Part shown: positions 20,331 through 29,154 of the stretch, one piece after another
Numbering within the stretch: the stretch's first letter is position 1
Layout: every line of letters begins with the position of its first letter
From: a virus
Lineage: Duplodnaviria; Caudoviricetes
IMG/VR virus record: IMGVR_UViG_3300015607_004160
Direction: 5' to 3' (one strand)
Length of the DNA: 64,000 bases
Made by a program: the position numbers and the translations under genes
Notes under the pieces: model-generated
What the model saw: the letters and a program-made list of their open reading frames with translations, nothing else
The model's database searches: none
Told to the model about the DNA's origin: nothing

Positions 20331-21685
20331 TATCTCATTTTTTTGATATAGATACTTTGATAAAAATTAATAATATGGTATGGATTGTTGATAAAACAAA
20401 TCCTAATATTCCTATTATTAAAATATCAACATCAGATTTTAATTTAATAAAAAGTGGGGTTTATAAAAGTCAGGGAAATAAAGTTGATTATAATGGTCAA
20501 TCCTTTTGGCTTCCAATTGATATGTTTAATAAACTAAAGGTTAAACTAAAACTAAGCAATGGCAACCTTGGAAATATTGGAATATCAATGCAAGAATTCC
20601 TAAACAAAGATATTATTGACAATATTGATTTTAAAATCAATTTAAATAATATAACACATCTTAAAAACAAAACTGATGATATCTACATCATTTGCTCAAA
20701 ACAAAATAAAAAGAACTATGAGACAGTTTTAAATAAGTTAGAGAAAAAACTAAAAGAAGAAGGATTGAAAATTAAAAACTTCTATTATATTTCTGAAACT
20801 TTTTATAATCAAAATGATGACGACATTAGATATAATAAAATAAAACTCTTACTACAGCATTTAGTTGGATATAGAACATTTATTAATAAGTTCACTGATG
20901 AAGAAATAACCAGATATGATACAGTTCATCTATATGATAATCAATATGATACAATAAAAATTGTTGATGAAGCTAATCAAGTTTTAAAGTCAATACTGAA
21001 AAAAACTGATGATGGGTTAAAATCTGTTATTAAAGAAGATATATCGGAGTACAAACCAGCTTTAGTTGTTAATCAAATAACTGATAATGATTTAAATAAA
21101 AAGATAACTAAAAAGGTTATCATAGATTATTCTAATTTAATTAAGACTTTTGAATCATTTAAAATATTTGAAAATAATAGTTACGAAGAAATTCCCCCGA
21201 ATTTTTATGAATTTATAAAAAATTGCTGTGTATTCAATCTGTATGGAGATAAATCCGAATCAGAAATAGATATGGAGGTAAAGAAAATATTTAAATCATT
21301 TAAATATGAAGAGTTAGAAAAATGGACGAAGGCTTTTGAGGATATTCAAGATATACTAACCGAAATATCTGATAAATTAGGGTCAAGTAATATTTATTAT
21401 GATTTTCAATCATATAGTGCCTACAAAGGAAAAAAAATTGATGCTCTAAGTGTAAGAATTGATGCTGAGAAAAATAAGGGATTTAAAGGTAAAATTTCCA
21501 AATCATACTTTGAAAACCTAATTAAAAGAAGACTTCCTAATATGATAATTGATGATTATGAATATTCAGAAAATAGTGAGGACACAAGTGAATATGAGGA
21601 TATAAATGATATTCCATCAGAAGTAAAAAATAATAAAATTTGGTCCTCGACCTTTTTGCTTCTATTTAAAAGTGATATTCATTAA
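20327..21685 (+). CDS. Degenerate HAD-like protein fused to a CTS-family module
   Basis: N-terminal FFDIDTL and YDN; internal LIKTFESFKIFENN followed by EDIQDILTEISD. Confidence 0.55.
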   Translation: MISHFFDIDTLIKINNMVWIVDKTNPNIPIIKISTSDFNLIKSGVYKSQGNKVDYNGQSFWLPIDMFNKLKVKLKLSNGNLGNIGISMQEFLNKDIIDNIDFKINLNNITHLKNKTDDIYIICSKQNKKNYETVLNKLEKKLKEEGLKIKNFYYISETFYNQNDDDIRYNKIKLLLQHLVGYRTFINKFTDEEITRYDTVHLYDNQYDTIKIVDEANQVLKSILKKTDDGLKSVIKEDISEYKPALVVNQITDNDLNKKITKKVIIDYSNLIKTFESFKIFENNSYEEIPPNFYEFIKNCCVFNLYGDKSESEIDMEVKKIFKSFKYEELEKWTKAFEDIQDILTEISDKLGSSNIYYDFQSYSAYKGKKIDALSVRIDAEKNKGFKGKISKSYFENLIKRRLPNMIIDDYEYSENSEDTSEYEDINDIPSEVKNNKIWSSTFLLLFKSDIH

Positions 21686-22293
21686 CCCTTGTTTTTTAAA
21701 TATTTATCAATCATATCATTCATACTTCTAGTATCCATAATCTTTGCGCTTTCTGCTTCTTCAGCTTCTTCAGCAGAAGCTTCTGTTGTAATTTCATTTA
21801 ATCCTAAATCTTTACGAATTTCCTTATAGAACTTTTCTAACTCGGTTCTCTGAGTTGATGAAAATTTTGAATTATCTCTAATTTGGCCTACTGTCTGATT
21901 AATAACCTCATGCATTCTGGCTGAATTATCACCGTTATCAACTTGTCTTAATTGTGTTAAAAAGTTCTTTCTAGTCATCTTAGATAAGAATATAGTTTCA
22001 GCATAAACCATTGCATCTTCTTTTAACTTATTCCTAATATAGGGATGTTCAAGAATCTTCTTAGAATCACCCAAATATAAGTCAACAAGACTTTCTAGTA
22101 GATCCATTGCTTTTTCTGTGGATTCGGTTAAATCCGCATCATAGTCATATATTTGAATCTCACCTAAATCAGGAAGATCATCTTTCTTTGCAAGGTATTT
22201 AGATATATCTAGGTCTTTGTTATTCTCCTGAATTCTTTCAAATTCATCTTTCAATTCAGTTGCCTTTTGTTCCTTTTTCTCTTGAGCACTCAT
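21682..22293 (-). CDS. Helical protein, candidate terminase small subunit
   Basis: Divergent from terL; helical, ARMHEVINQ, C-terminal MDTRSMNDMI; assignment mainly positional. Confidence 0.4.
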   Translation of the reverse strand: MSAQEKKEQKATELKDEFERIQENNKDLDISKYLAKKDDLPDLGEIQIYDYDADLTESTEKAMDLLESLVDLYLGDSKKILEHPYIRNKLKEDAMVYAETIFLSKMTRKNFLTQLRQVDNGDNSARMHEVINQTVGQIRDNSKFSSTQRTELEKFYKEIRKDLGLNEITTEASAEEAEEAESAKIMDTRSMNDMIDKYLKNKG

Positions 22294-22342
22294 GTGGGAA
22301 ATTTGATTTTACAATATATATTTAAAATAGGAATATTCCTTT

Positions 22343-24499
22343 ATGGCAGTTAAAGAGGTTCAAGAGAAAAAATTTATCTTCAATAGTAAAGTAGTTGAAG
22401 AAATAACTAATAAAATAAATGATGGATTTGTAATCAAAAGGTTTCAAAACCCATGGTTTAAAAATGAAGTTGGTGTTAGAAGAGCCGGCATTACATTTGC
22501 GATAACAGATGCTGAGTTTCAAGAGTATATCAGATGTAAGGTTGATATACATTATTTTGCCGAAAAATATTGTCGAGTTAAAACTGAAGACGGTAGTGTT
22601 GGTAATATTACACTAAGGGATTACCAAAGAGATATATTAGATTTATACTATGGTGGTAGATTTAGTATTCTTTGTGGTTCAAGACAGATAGGTAAGACCA
22701 TATCGGCCGCAATCACAATGCTACACTTTATTACATTTAATAATGATAAAAATATCATGATTGTTGCGAATATTGCTAATACAGCAATAGAAATTATTGA
22801 TAAGATAAAATCTATTTATGTTCAACTACCATTCTTTTTAAAAGTAGGAATCAAAAACTGGAACCAAAGATCTGTTATATTTGATAATGGATGTAGAATT
22901 AAAAGCTCTGCTAGAACAAAGACACCAGCGATTGGTTTTACAATTGACTTCTTATATATGGACGAATTTGCACACATTCCACCAAATATTATTGAGGCAT
23001 ACTATACAGCAGCTTTTCCAACGGTGTCTGCCATTGAAAACTCTAAGATCATTATTACATCAACCCCGAACGGTATGAACCTATTCTATAAGCTATTAAC
23101 AGATGCAGAAAGACCTGGTGGAGATCCACAGAAAAATAACTATAGAGCGATGCGTGTTTATTGGTATCAAGTACCTGGTAGATTTGTAACGTATTATAGA
23201 CTGAATCAATTTAAAATGGCTGAACTTGGTATAACAAAAGATGATATTTATAATCAAGTTATAAGCGAGTTTGGTGACCTAACTAAAATAGATGTTAAAT
23301 TCAATCCCGATTTACAAAAAGACATTATATCTGTTTTTAATAATGATGTTTGTACAGATGCTATGGCAAAATCATTTCAGTTTATAGATGCAAAAGGATT
23401 ACAAATACCAATTCAAATGCTAGCAGAAGTAACAACATGGAAAGAAGAAGCTATCAAAGATATTGGTGGTGAGGATGCATTTAATCAAGAATATGGATTG
23501 AGATTTATTAATTCAAGTAGGTCGTTATTAACTGAGAGTACTATTGAACATTTATTAACTGGTAAGAAAAATTATAAATTTGAAGAGATATATGAATTTG
23601 ATAGAAAATTAAGATTCTCTTATTCTGATTTAAAATGGGTAGATGATGATAATTTGTTTATGCCAATTCAAAGAAAGCAGATTAAAGGTATAATGACGGT
23701 TGATATATCAGAAGGACTGGGTCAGGACTATTCAGTTATTAATATTTTTAAAATTGCTCCTAAGGCACGAGAAATAATAGAGATGCAAAAGCATACTTAT
23801 AGTACAATGAGTGATTTCTTTTGCTTAGTTCAAATAGGAATGTTTAGGTCAAATCTTGTATCAGTAAAACAACTAGCTGAACTATTCTATATGATTGCGT
23901 TTGAATACTTTCATTACGATAATTTTAAAGTTGTATTAGAAATAAATAGTTACGGAAATGAATTTTTAGCACATTTACCACATGTCTTTGAGGGGAATAA
24001 TAACTATGGATCTTCTATATTTTTTAGATATAAACATAAAGCAGACGCAGAAGAGGAAAAAATAGGACTAAAAGTTGGTGACAATAAAAATATGTTGGTC
24101 AAAGATTATCAAGATGCTATGGATAAGAAAAGATTTGTTATCAACAATGAAGATAATGTTAGAGAAATAACAACCTTTGTTAAACATATTACACCAGCTG
24201 GTAATGTTAGATATGCCGCAGATATTGGAAATGATGATACAGTAATGACATTAGTTGATACTTCTAGTATATTCAATAAGTATGAATATAAACAAATGGT
24301 TGAAGATTATGCACCATCTATTTTAGATGCTGAATCACTTAGCTATTTTAATGCAATATTAAAAGATGTTGAATATAAAGAAACCGCTGATTATTCATCT
24401 ATTATAAACGTCAATAGGCAAAGAAGGATGATGTCTCAATATCAAAATCGAGTTTATAACAGTGGTAATGAATTTTTTGGTGGAAATTATAAACTATAA
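22343..24499 (+). CDS. terL: Terminase large subunit (T4 gp17-like)
   Basis: LRDYQ, Walker A SRQIGKT, Walker B YMDEFAH, ITSTPNG, FNQEY, nuclease VDISEGLGQDYS and NDDTVM. Confidence 0.95.
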   Translation: MAVKEVQEKKFIFNSKVVEEITNKINDGFVIKRFQNPWFKNEVGVRRAGITFAITDAEFQEYIRCKVDIHYFAEKYCRVKTEDGSVGNITLRDYQRDILDLYYGGRFSILCGSRQIGKTISAAITMLHFITFNNDKNIMIVANIANTAIEIIDKIKSIYVQLPFFLKVGIKNWNQRSVIFDNGCRIKSSARTKTPAIGFTIDFLYMDEFAHIPPNIIEAYYTAAFPTVSAIENSKIIITSTPNGMNLFYKLLTDAERPGGDPQKNNYRAMRVYWYQVPGRFVTYYRLNQFKMAELGITKDDIYNQVISEFGDLTKIDVKFNPDLQKDIISVFNNDVCTDAMAKSFQFIDAKGLQIPIQMLAEVTTWKEEAIKDIGGEDAFNQEYGLRFINSSRSLLTESTIEHLLTGKKNYKFEEIYEFDRKLRFSYSDLKWVDDDNLFMPIQRKQIKGIMTVDISEGLGQDYSVINIFKIAPKAREIIEMQKHTYSTMSDFFCLVQIGMFRSNLVSVKQLAELFYMIAFEYFHYDNFKVVLEINSYGNEFLAHLPHVFEGNNNYGSSIFFRYKHKADAEEEKIGLKVGDNKNMLVKDYQDAMDKKRFVINNEDNVREITTFVKHITPAGNVRYAADIGNDDTVMTLVDTSSIFNKYEYKQMVEDYAPSILDAESLSYFNAILKDVEYKETADYSSIINVNRQRRMMSQYQNRVYNSGNEFFGGNYKL

Positions 24500-24500
24500 A

Positions 24501-24782
24501 TTACGCAAGTTCCATTGTGGCACTAAGGTTAGCACCTTTTAATTTCTTATACATTTCAGAAATTGTTTCCTTATCACCTCTTTTAACATCACATTTACCG
24601 ACAAAATGGACAAGGTGAGCACATTGTGAAGCTTGTTCATACTCATGACCACATATCTTCATTAGGCATTCAATTACCCAATCAAATGTGTTGAAATCGT
24701 CATTATGTAGAATAAGTAAGTAAGGTTGACCCAACTTTTCTTCTAGCTCAGTAGAAACTTGTTCTTTTGTTATTGTTGCCAT
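24501..24782 (-). CDS. clpS: Clp protease adaptor ClpS
   Basis: LILHNDDFNTFDWVIECL, EQASQCAHLVHFVGKCDVK. Confidence 0.88.
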   Translation of the reverse strand: MATITKEQVSTELEEKLGQPYLLILHNDDFNTFDWVIECLMKICGHEYEQASQCAHLVHFVGKCDVKRGDKETISEMYKKLKGANLSATMELA

Positions 24783-24787
24783 AATTA

Positions 24788-25015
24788 CTATTTATTAAAT
24801 TTTTTTTTCATTTTTTGATATCCTAATACCTGTTCTATAAAATAAGAAGCTTCAACTAATTCCAATTCTTTAGACTCCCTAAATTCCTTAGCACAAGCAG
24901 AGCATTCTTCTGACTTCATATCCACTTTAGTATTGTGATGTCCATATTTTTGTCCACACCCAGGACAACTGATTTCCTCAATAGGGATCATATAATCTTT
25001 GTCAATACTATACAT
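24788..25015 (-). CDS. Small zinc-finger protein
   Basis: CPGC...CSAC. Confidence 0.6.
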   Translation of the reverse strand: MYSIDKDYMIPIEEISCPGCGQKYGHHNTKVDMKSEECSACAKEFRESKELELVEASYFIEQVLGYQKMKKKFNK

Positions 25016-25515
25016 TACATTGTTACTTTATTAATAACATCAATAATAGTCACTTTAATTGGCTGTTTCTTTGCCCATTCAACAAATTTGTGTAAATGTT
25101 CATGCCTATCGTCAAACATGATAAGTTCATCAGCATGTGGGTTGGCCTTGATTAAGGTTTCGAATAAATGACATTTAAAGTAAAAGGTATCTCCACCAGT
25201 GTTACAATATAAGTCACACTTAATATCATGTAAGTCTAAAACCTTTCTTACCTGTCTTTCAAGTCTATGTAATCTACCTGTTGCAATAAAAACATAATTA
25301 CTATCATCGGCTTGATATTTTTCAAACTGATTGTAAACCCACTGATTAACAGGTGGGTAAAAAACATTTGTATTAAGAGATTCTGCATTTCCCCACCAGC
25401 CTCTTCCGGCCCATGAAAGCCCTGTTTTTTTCTCCCATTCATGCTTACCTGATTCAGGAGTAGGGGTATGGATTAATGTTCCATCAAAGTCAAACGATAC
25501 TATTTTCTTAATCAT
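25015..25515 (-). CDS. HAD-family phosphatase (RNA-repair Swiss-Army-knife HAD-like)
   Basis: FDFDGTL, WW, ATGR, FK, MFDDR; likely start MIKKIVS at 25515. Confidence 0.8.
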   Translation of the reverse strand: MIKKIVSFDFDGTLIHTPTPESGKHEWEKKTGLSWAGRGWWGNAESLNTNVFYPPVNQWVYNQFEKYQADDSNYVFIATGRLHRLERQVRKVLDLHDIKCDLYCNTGGDTFYFKCHLFETLIKANPHADELIMFDDRHEHLHKFVEWAKKQPIKVTIIDVINKVTM

Positions 25516-25567
25516 GTCTATTTTTTCTAAAATTTTAAAGGTAGATGATACTACTGAATATATATTA

Positions 25568-25575
25568 CAAATATA
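25568..25575 (-). promoter_or_regulatory. Bacteroidota-type -7 promoter element
   Basis: TATATTTG upstream of the HAD-Zn finger-clpS operon. Confidence 0.5.
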
Positions 25576-25612
25576 GTTAAAGTTTTTCAAAAAATAAAAA
25601 TTATTATATTAT

Positions 25613-26272
25613 ATGGCATTAAGTAAAAAATCAAATACAGGTAAGGATCCTGTTAAAAAAACAACTAAAAAGCCTGCCAATCCCAGGCCTAAAATAGTCA
25701 AACCAAAAGAAGAAATCACATCAACGGTGGTTATTCCAGAAGATAAACCTACTCCTACATCAACAAAAATGATAACTGAGGGTGGATCACCATCTTCTAA
25801 AACAGGAATTGCTTCATTTTTGGGATCTCTTTTATCAAAAGGAAAATCAGTAGTGGTATCACTATTAAAAGGCATTAAGCCAATATATCTACTTTTGGGA
25901 TGTGTTGTATTATCAGTTATAGTTTATTTTTGGTTCTCAAAACCTGATACATATAAGCAAGAAAATAAAAGGCTAAAAAATGAGATAATTCAAATACAAA
26001 AACAAAGAGACAAAATAGCAGATAGTATTAAAATATTAAAATATGAGTATACTAAGCTAGAAGATTCTGCAAATGTAAAATTACAATTACTTGATGAAAT
26101 CAATCAAAGAATGGTATTAATTGAACAAAGAGTATCTACTTCCTTTGATGAATTATCTAAAATAAAGAATGGGGTTAATGGTTTAAATGCACAAATCAAA
26201 AGTGCTACCGAAAAACCAATAAAAAGAGTTGGTGATGATTTAATAAATTCACTTAAAAATAAAATAAATTAA
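25613..26272 (+). CDS. Membrane-anchored coiled-coil protein (i-spanin-like)
   Basis: Single TM (IYLLLGCVVLSVIVYFWF) followed by a long coiled coil. Confidence 0.5.
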   Translation: MALSKKSNTGKDPVKKTTKKPANPRPKIVKPKEEITSTVVIPEDKPTPTSTKMITEGGSPSSKTGIASFLGSLLSKGKSVVVSLLKGIKPIYLLLGCVVLSVIVYFWFSKPDTYKQENKRLKNEIIQIQKQRDKIADSIKILKYEYTKLEDSANVKLQLLDEINQRMVLIEQRVSTSFDELSKIKNGVNGLNAQIKSATEKPIKRVGDDLINSLKNKIN

Positions 26273-26273
26273 T

Positions 26274-26777
26274 ATGAAAAAAATACTATTTCTATTATTC
26301 GGATTATTTGCTCTCGTAACATTAGAAGCACAAGTCAAACAAGAATATCCACAATCTTATATTAAAGATGGAAAAACATATGTTGTCTTTACTTTAGAAC
26401 AAGCTCAAAAAATTGATAACGACTATGATCTATTATATTTATTAAGGCAATCGAAAGCACAATATGAAAAATTAGATAGTGCGAATATTATAGTTGTCAA
26501 TAATTTAGGTATACAGATAGCTGAGTTAAAACTAAAAATAAATACCTTAAACGGGGTTATACAAGATCGAGAAGATCAGATACTCAATCTAAAAGCACAA
26601 ATAACGAAATATGAAAGTGATAAAATATTAGCAGATAAACAGTCTAAGGATAAAGATATTATCATTTCGAACAATGGTAAACAAATCAAAAAACTAAAAA
26701 GGCAAAAGTTTTTAGGATTCACTGTTGGTGGTGGTGGGTTAGTATCAGTAATTGTATTGCTGCTTCTAAAAAAGTAA
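26274..26777 (+). CDS. Exported coiled-coil protein with C-terminal TM (spanin-like partner)
   Basis: Signal peptide MKKILFLLFGLFALVTLEA, coiled coil, hydrophobic C-terminus. Confidence 0.45.
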   Translation: MKKILFLLFGLFALVTLEAQVKQEYPQSYIKDGKTYVVFTLEQAQKIDNDYDLLYLLRQSKAQYEKLDSANIIVVNNLGIQIAELKLKINTLNGVIQDREDQILNLKAQITKYESDKILADKQSKDKDIIISNNGKQIKKLKRQKFLGFTVGGGGLVSVIVLLLLKK

Positions 26778-26831
26778 AAAAACGCTTTTTAATTATAATA
26801 TATAGATTATATAAAAAATTATTTCTTAAAA

Positions 26832-27458
26832 ATGAAACACATAAGAAAATTTGAATCTTATTCTAACAAAAGAAAGCTACAGGAAATCATTAAGGAAAGT
26901 GTAATGATTGTTGATGATATATACAGAGTCAATGTTACTGCTGATATTCCTCAATCTTTATTAAACGCTTATATTAAAAAGGTTAAAGACTCATTAGATA
27001 AAAATGCTAGACAATTCTACTCAGATGTTCAATTAGCTGAAGAAATTACAAAATACGTACTTCAACAAGGATTAAATATCGATAAAATAGATCCATCTGC
27101 CTTATTTGGTGGTCAACCACAAGGTCAAGCACAGGGTCAACCACAAGTTCAAGTTCAAGGTCAACCTGTTCAAGGTCAACCTGTTCAAGGTCAAGCACAA
27201 GCTCAACCTGTTCAAGGTCAAGCACAACCTCAAGCACAAGCTCAACCTGTTCAAGGTCAAGCAGTTCAAGGTCAAGCACAAGCCCAACCTCAAGCCCAAC
27301 CTCAAGCACAAGCTCAACCTCAAGCACAAGCTCAACCTCAAGCACAAGCTCAACCTGTTCAAGGTCAAGCAGTTCAAGGTCAAGCACAAGGTCAAGCACA
27401 AGGTCAAGGTGAATTTGAGGAAGTAGAAGATGAAGATGAAGAAGAATTACCACTTTAA
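26832..27458 (+). CDS. CTS-bearing protein with Gln-rich low-complexity tail
   Basis: MKHIRKFESY; QGQ/QAQ/QPV repeats; acidic end. Confidence 0.75.
   Translation: MKHIRKFESYSNKRKLQEIIKESVMIVDDIYRVNVTADIPQSLLNAYIKKVKDSLDKNARQFYSDVQLAEEITKYVLQQGLNIDKIDPSALFGGQPQGQAQGQPQVQVQGQPVQGQPVQGQAQAQPVQGQAQPQAQAQPVQGQAVQGQAQAQPQAQPQAQAQPQAQAQPQAQAQPVQGQAVQGQAQGQAQGQGEFEEVEDEDEEELPL
27111..27410 (+). repeat. Coding low-complexity repeat (CAAGGT/CAAGCA/CAACCT units)
   Basis: Mosaic of short tandem units encoding the Q-rich tract. Confidence 0.85.
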
Positions 27459-27474
27459 TTAAATTTTTTAAAAT

Positions 27475-27506
27475 AAAAAAAGCACTATAATTATAGTGCT
27501 TTTTTT
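27475..27506. terminator. Palindromic terminator
   Basis: AAAAAAGCACTATAATTATAGTGCTTTTTT. Confidence 0.7.
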
Positions 27507-27518
27507 AATATATATTCT

Positions 27519-27623
27519 ATGAGATATCTCAAAATTTTTGATTACAAAATAATTAGCCTTGGGTCAGAGTTATCTAGATCAGAAGTATTTGAATTTGTTT
27601 TTTTTATTGATCCCACAAAATAA
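27519..27623 (+). CDS. 34-aa CTS-like mini-ORF or gene remnant (not in ORF track)
   Basis: MRYLKIFDYKIISLGSELSRSEVFEFVFFIDPTK; TTAATATATA at 27505-27514. Confidence 0.4.
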   Translation: MRYLKIFDYKIISLGSELSRSEVFEFVFFIDPTK

Positions 27624-27648
27624 ATTTATTTACTTTAATATATACATT

Positions 27649-28083
27649 ATGAAATATCTTAATCTTTTTAATAATTTTAAATATTTATTTGAAAGCTTTA
27701 ATAGCATAGAAGAAATAGAAGACTATTTTCTCGAATTAAGTGATCATAAAAATGATGATCTACCTATTAAAGTAGAAGTTACTAATCATAATGTAAATAA
27801 ATCTGTTAAGAATATTAAAGGATTTAATAAATCTTCTAAATTTAAATCGATTAAAGGATATAAAATTACTATCTTATTTGATCACTATGATCAATTATAT
27901 GTTAAGAAAAAAGTTGAAACCGCAATAAATAGATTAAAAAGTAGTTATAATATTCACTATAATCAAATATCTAAAAAAGGAAATGGAAACACCTATAGAG
28001 AAGTTCCCATTAATGGCACTAATAGGGTAGCTTATGTATCTGATCCACTATGGAAACAAATAATAACTATTTCTCCTAAATAA
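27649..28083 (+). CDS. Hypothetical protein, CTS-like N-terminus, IEDYxxELSD family
   Basis: Start reassigned to MKYLNLFNNFKYLFES, after TTAATATATA at 27635-27644. Confidence 0.7.
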   Translation: MKYLNLFNNFKYLFESFNSIEEIEDYFLELSDHKNDDLPIKVEVTNHNVNKSVKNIKGFNKSSKFKSIKGYKITILFDHYDQLYVKKKVETAINRLKSSYNIHYNQISKKGNGNTYREVPINGTNRVAYVSDPLWKQIITISPK

Positions 28084-28093
28084 TATATAGATT

Positions 28094-28711
28094 ATGATAT
28101 ACATAAAGACATACGAGGAAATAAATAATGGATCTATATTAATTATAGTAGATGTTCAAAAGTCATTCAAAAAATTCTTCACTGATAATTATTTAAAGCA
28201 ATTAAATGAGTATTGTAAAAAATTTGAAACTGTTTATCAAATATTTGATAACCATGTAGAGGGGAAGAATGTAGATACTGATTATCTATATGATAAAAAT
28301 CCAGATAAACCAAATAATAATGACTTATATGTATTTAATAATCAAAAAGATATTATAGAAAAAAGATATAACTATAATGTAGATGCTGACTTTTATAAAA
28401 AAATATTATCACCAGATATATATCAAGATGTTAAAAATAAAGAAAGTAAGGGTTTATTAAGAAGAGGAAATTACTTTTTAACAAATGAAGGAACAATCAT
28501 TGTTTATATCGGAAACAAACATGTTTGGTATCATTGTCCTAAAAAACTCTATGATTTATTTTTAAGACTAAGAAATAAAGAAGTCATAATGGTTGGCGGA
28601 TCTGACCAAGAGTGCTTTTTAGATGTTGAAACAACTGCTAAAGCATTGGGTGTATCAATTAAAAGAAATTTTGATTATATCTATAGTGCAACAAATTGTC
28701 CTATTAAATGA
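28094..28711 (+). CDS. Isochorismatase/nicotinamidase-like cysteine hydrolase, CTS-like N-terminus
   Basis: LIIVDVQKSF, D-x-H, EK, MVGG..QECFLDV; starts MIYIKTYEE. Confidence 0.65.
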   Translation: MIYIKTYEEINNGSILIIVDVQKSFKKFFTDNYLKQLNEYCKKFETVYQIFDNHVEGKNVDTDYLYDKNPDKPNNNDLYVFNNQKDIIEKRYNYNVDADFYKKILSPDIYQDVKNKESKGLLRRGNYFLTNEGTIIVYIGNKHVWYHCPKKLYDLFLRLRNKEVIMVGGSDQECFLDVETTAKALGVSIKRNFDYIYSATNCPIK

Positions 28712-28847
28712 AATATTTAAAATTATTTGAAGCCAAATATTATAAGATTCATGTGAATCAACTACCAAGCTGTCTCCAAAGTTACACAGACCTGTCCAAT
28801 TTGAAGGTGTATTACAATTTTTAAAAGACTATGTGATTTTTAAATAG
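28708..28847 (+). pseudogene. Remnant of a CTS/CDQ-family gene
   Basis: MKYLKLFEAKYYKI (38-aa ORF, 28708-28824); another frame reads VQFEGVLQFLKD, like the CDQ-family C-terminus. Confidence 0.45.
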
Positions 28848-29154
28848 TAAATCCGGTTCTTGACTTATCCAAATTATTCACTAACTCAACTAACACATCA
28901 CCATGACAAGTTTTTGGTTTACACCAACATCCTAGAGTTTTACCTTTTAATTCATGTAAATCATTTAATAGATATTTACCTTCACCATTGGTAATCCATT
29001 CACGATAAGCTTCAATTGCTTCTTTTCTAGTTGGTAAAATATATGTCGCCCTTGTTCCTTCTCTATATGAAAAAGGGCAACCCCATTTTGTTGTTCTATC
29101 AATTAAAACATCGTAGTCTTCTTTTTTGTGGTGAACTACTTTACACTTTTCCAT
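28840..29154 (-). CDS. DUF4326 family protein
   Basis: DVLIDRTTKWGCPF, ELKGKTLGCWCKPKTCHGDVL. Confidence 0.8.
   Translation of the reverse strand: MEKCKVVHHKKEDYDVLIDRTTKWGCPFSYREGTRATYILPTRKEAIEAYREWITNGEGKYLLNDLHELKGKTLGCWCKPKTCHGDVLVELVNNLDKSRTGFTI

Noticed and set aside
23183-23437. Intein in the terminase
   Set aside because: No N-terminal Cys/Ser, no block B His motif and no terminal His-Asn
27046-27453. Overlapping ORFs 27046-27453(-), 27102-27407(-) and 27106-27426(+)
   Set aside because: Shadow frames of the Gln-rich repeat
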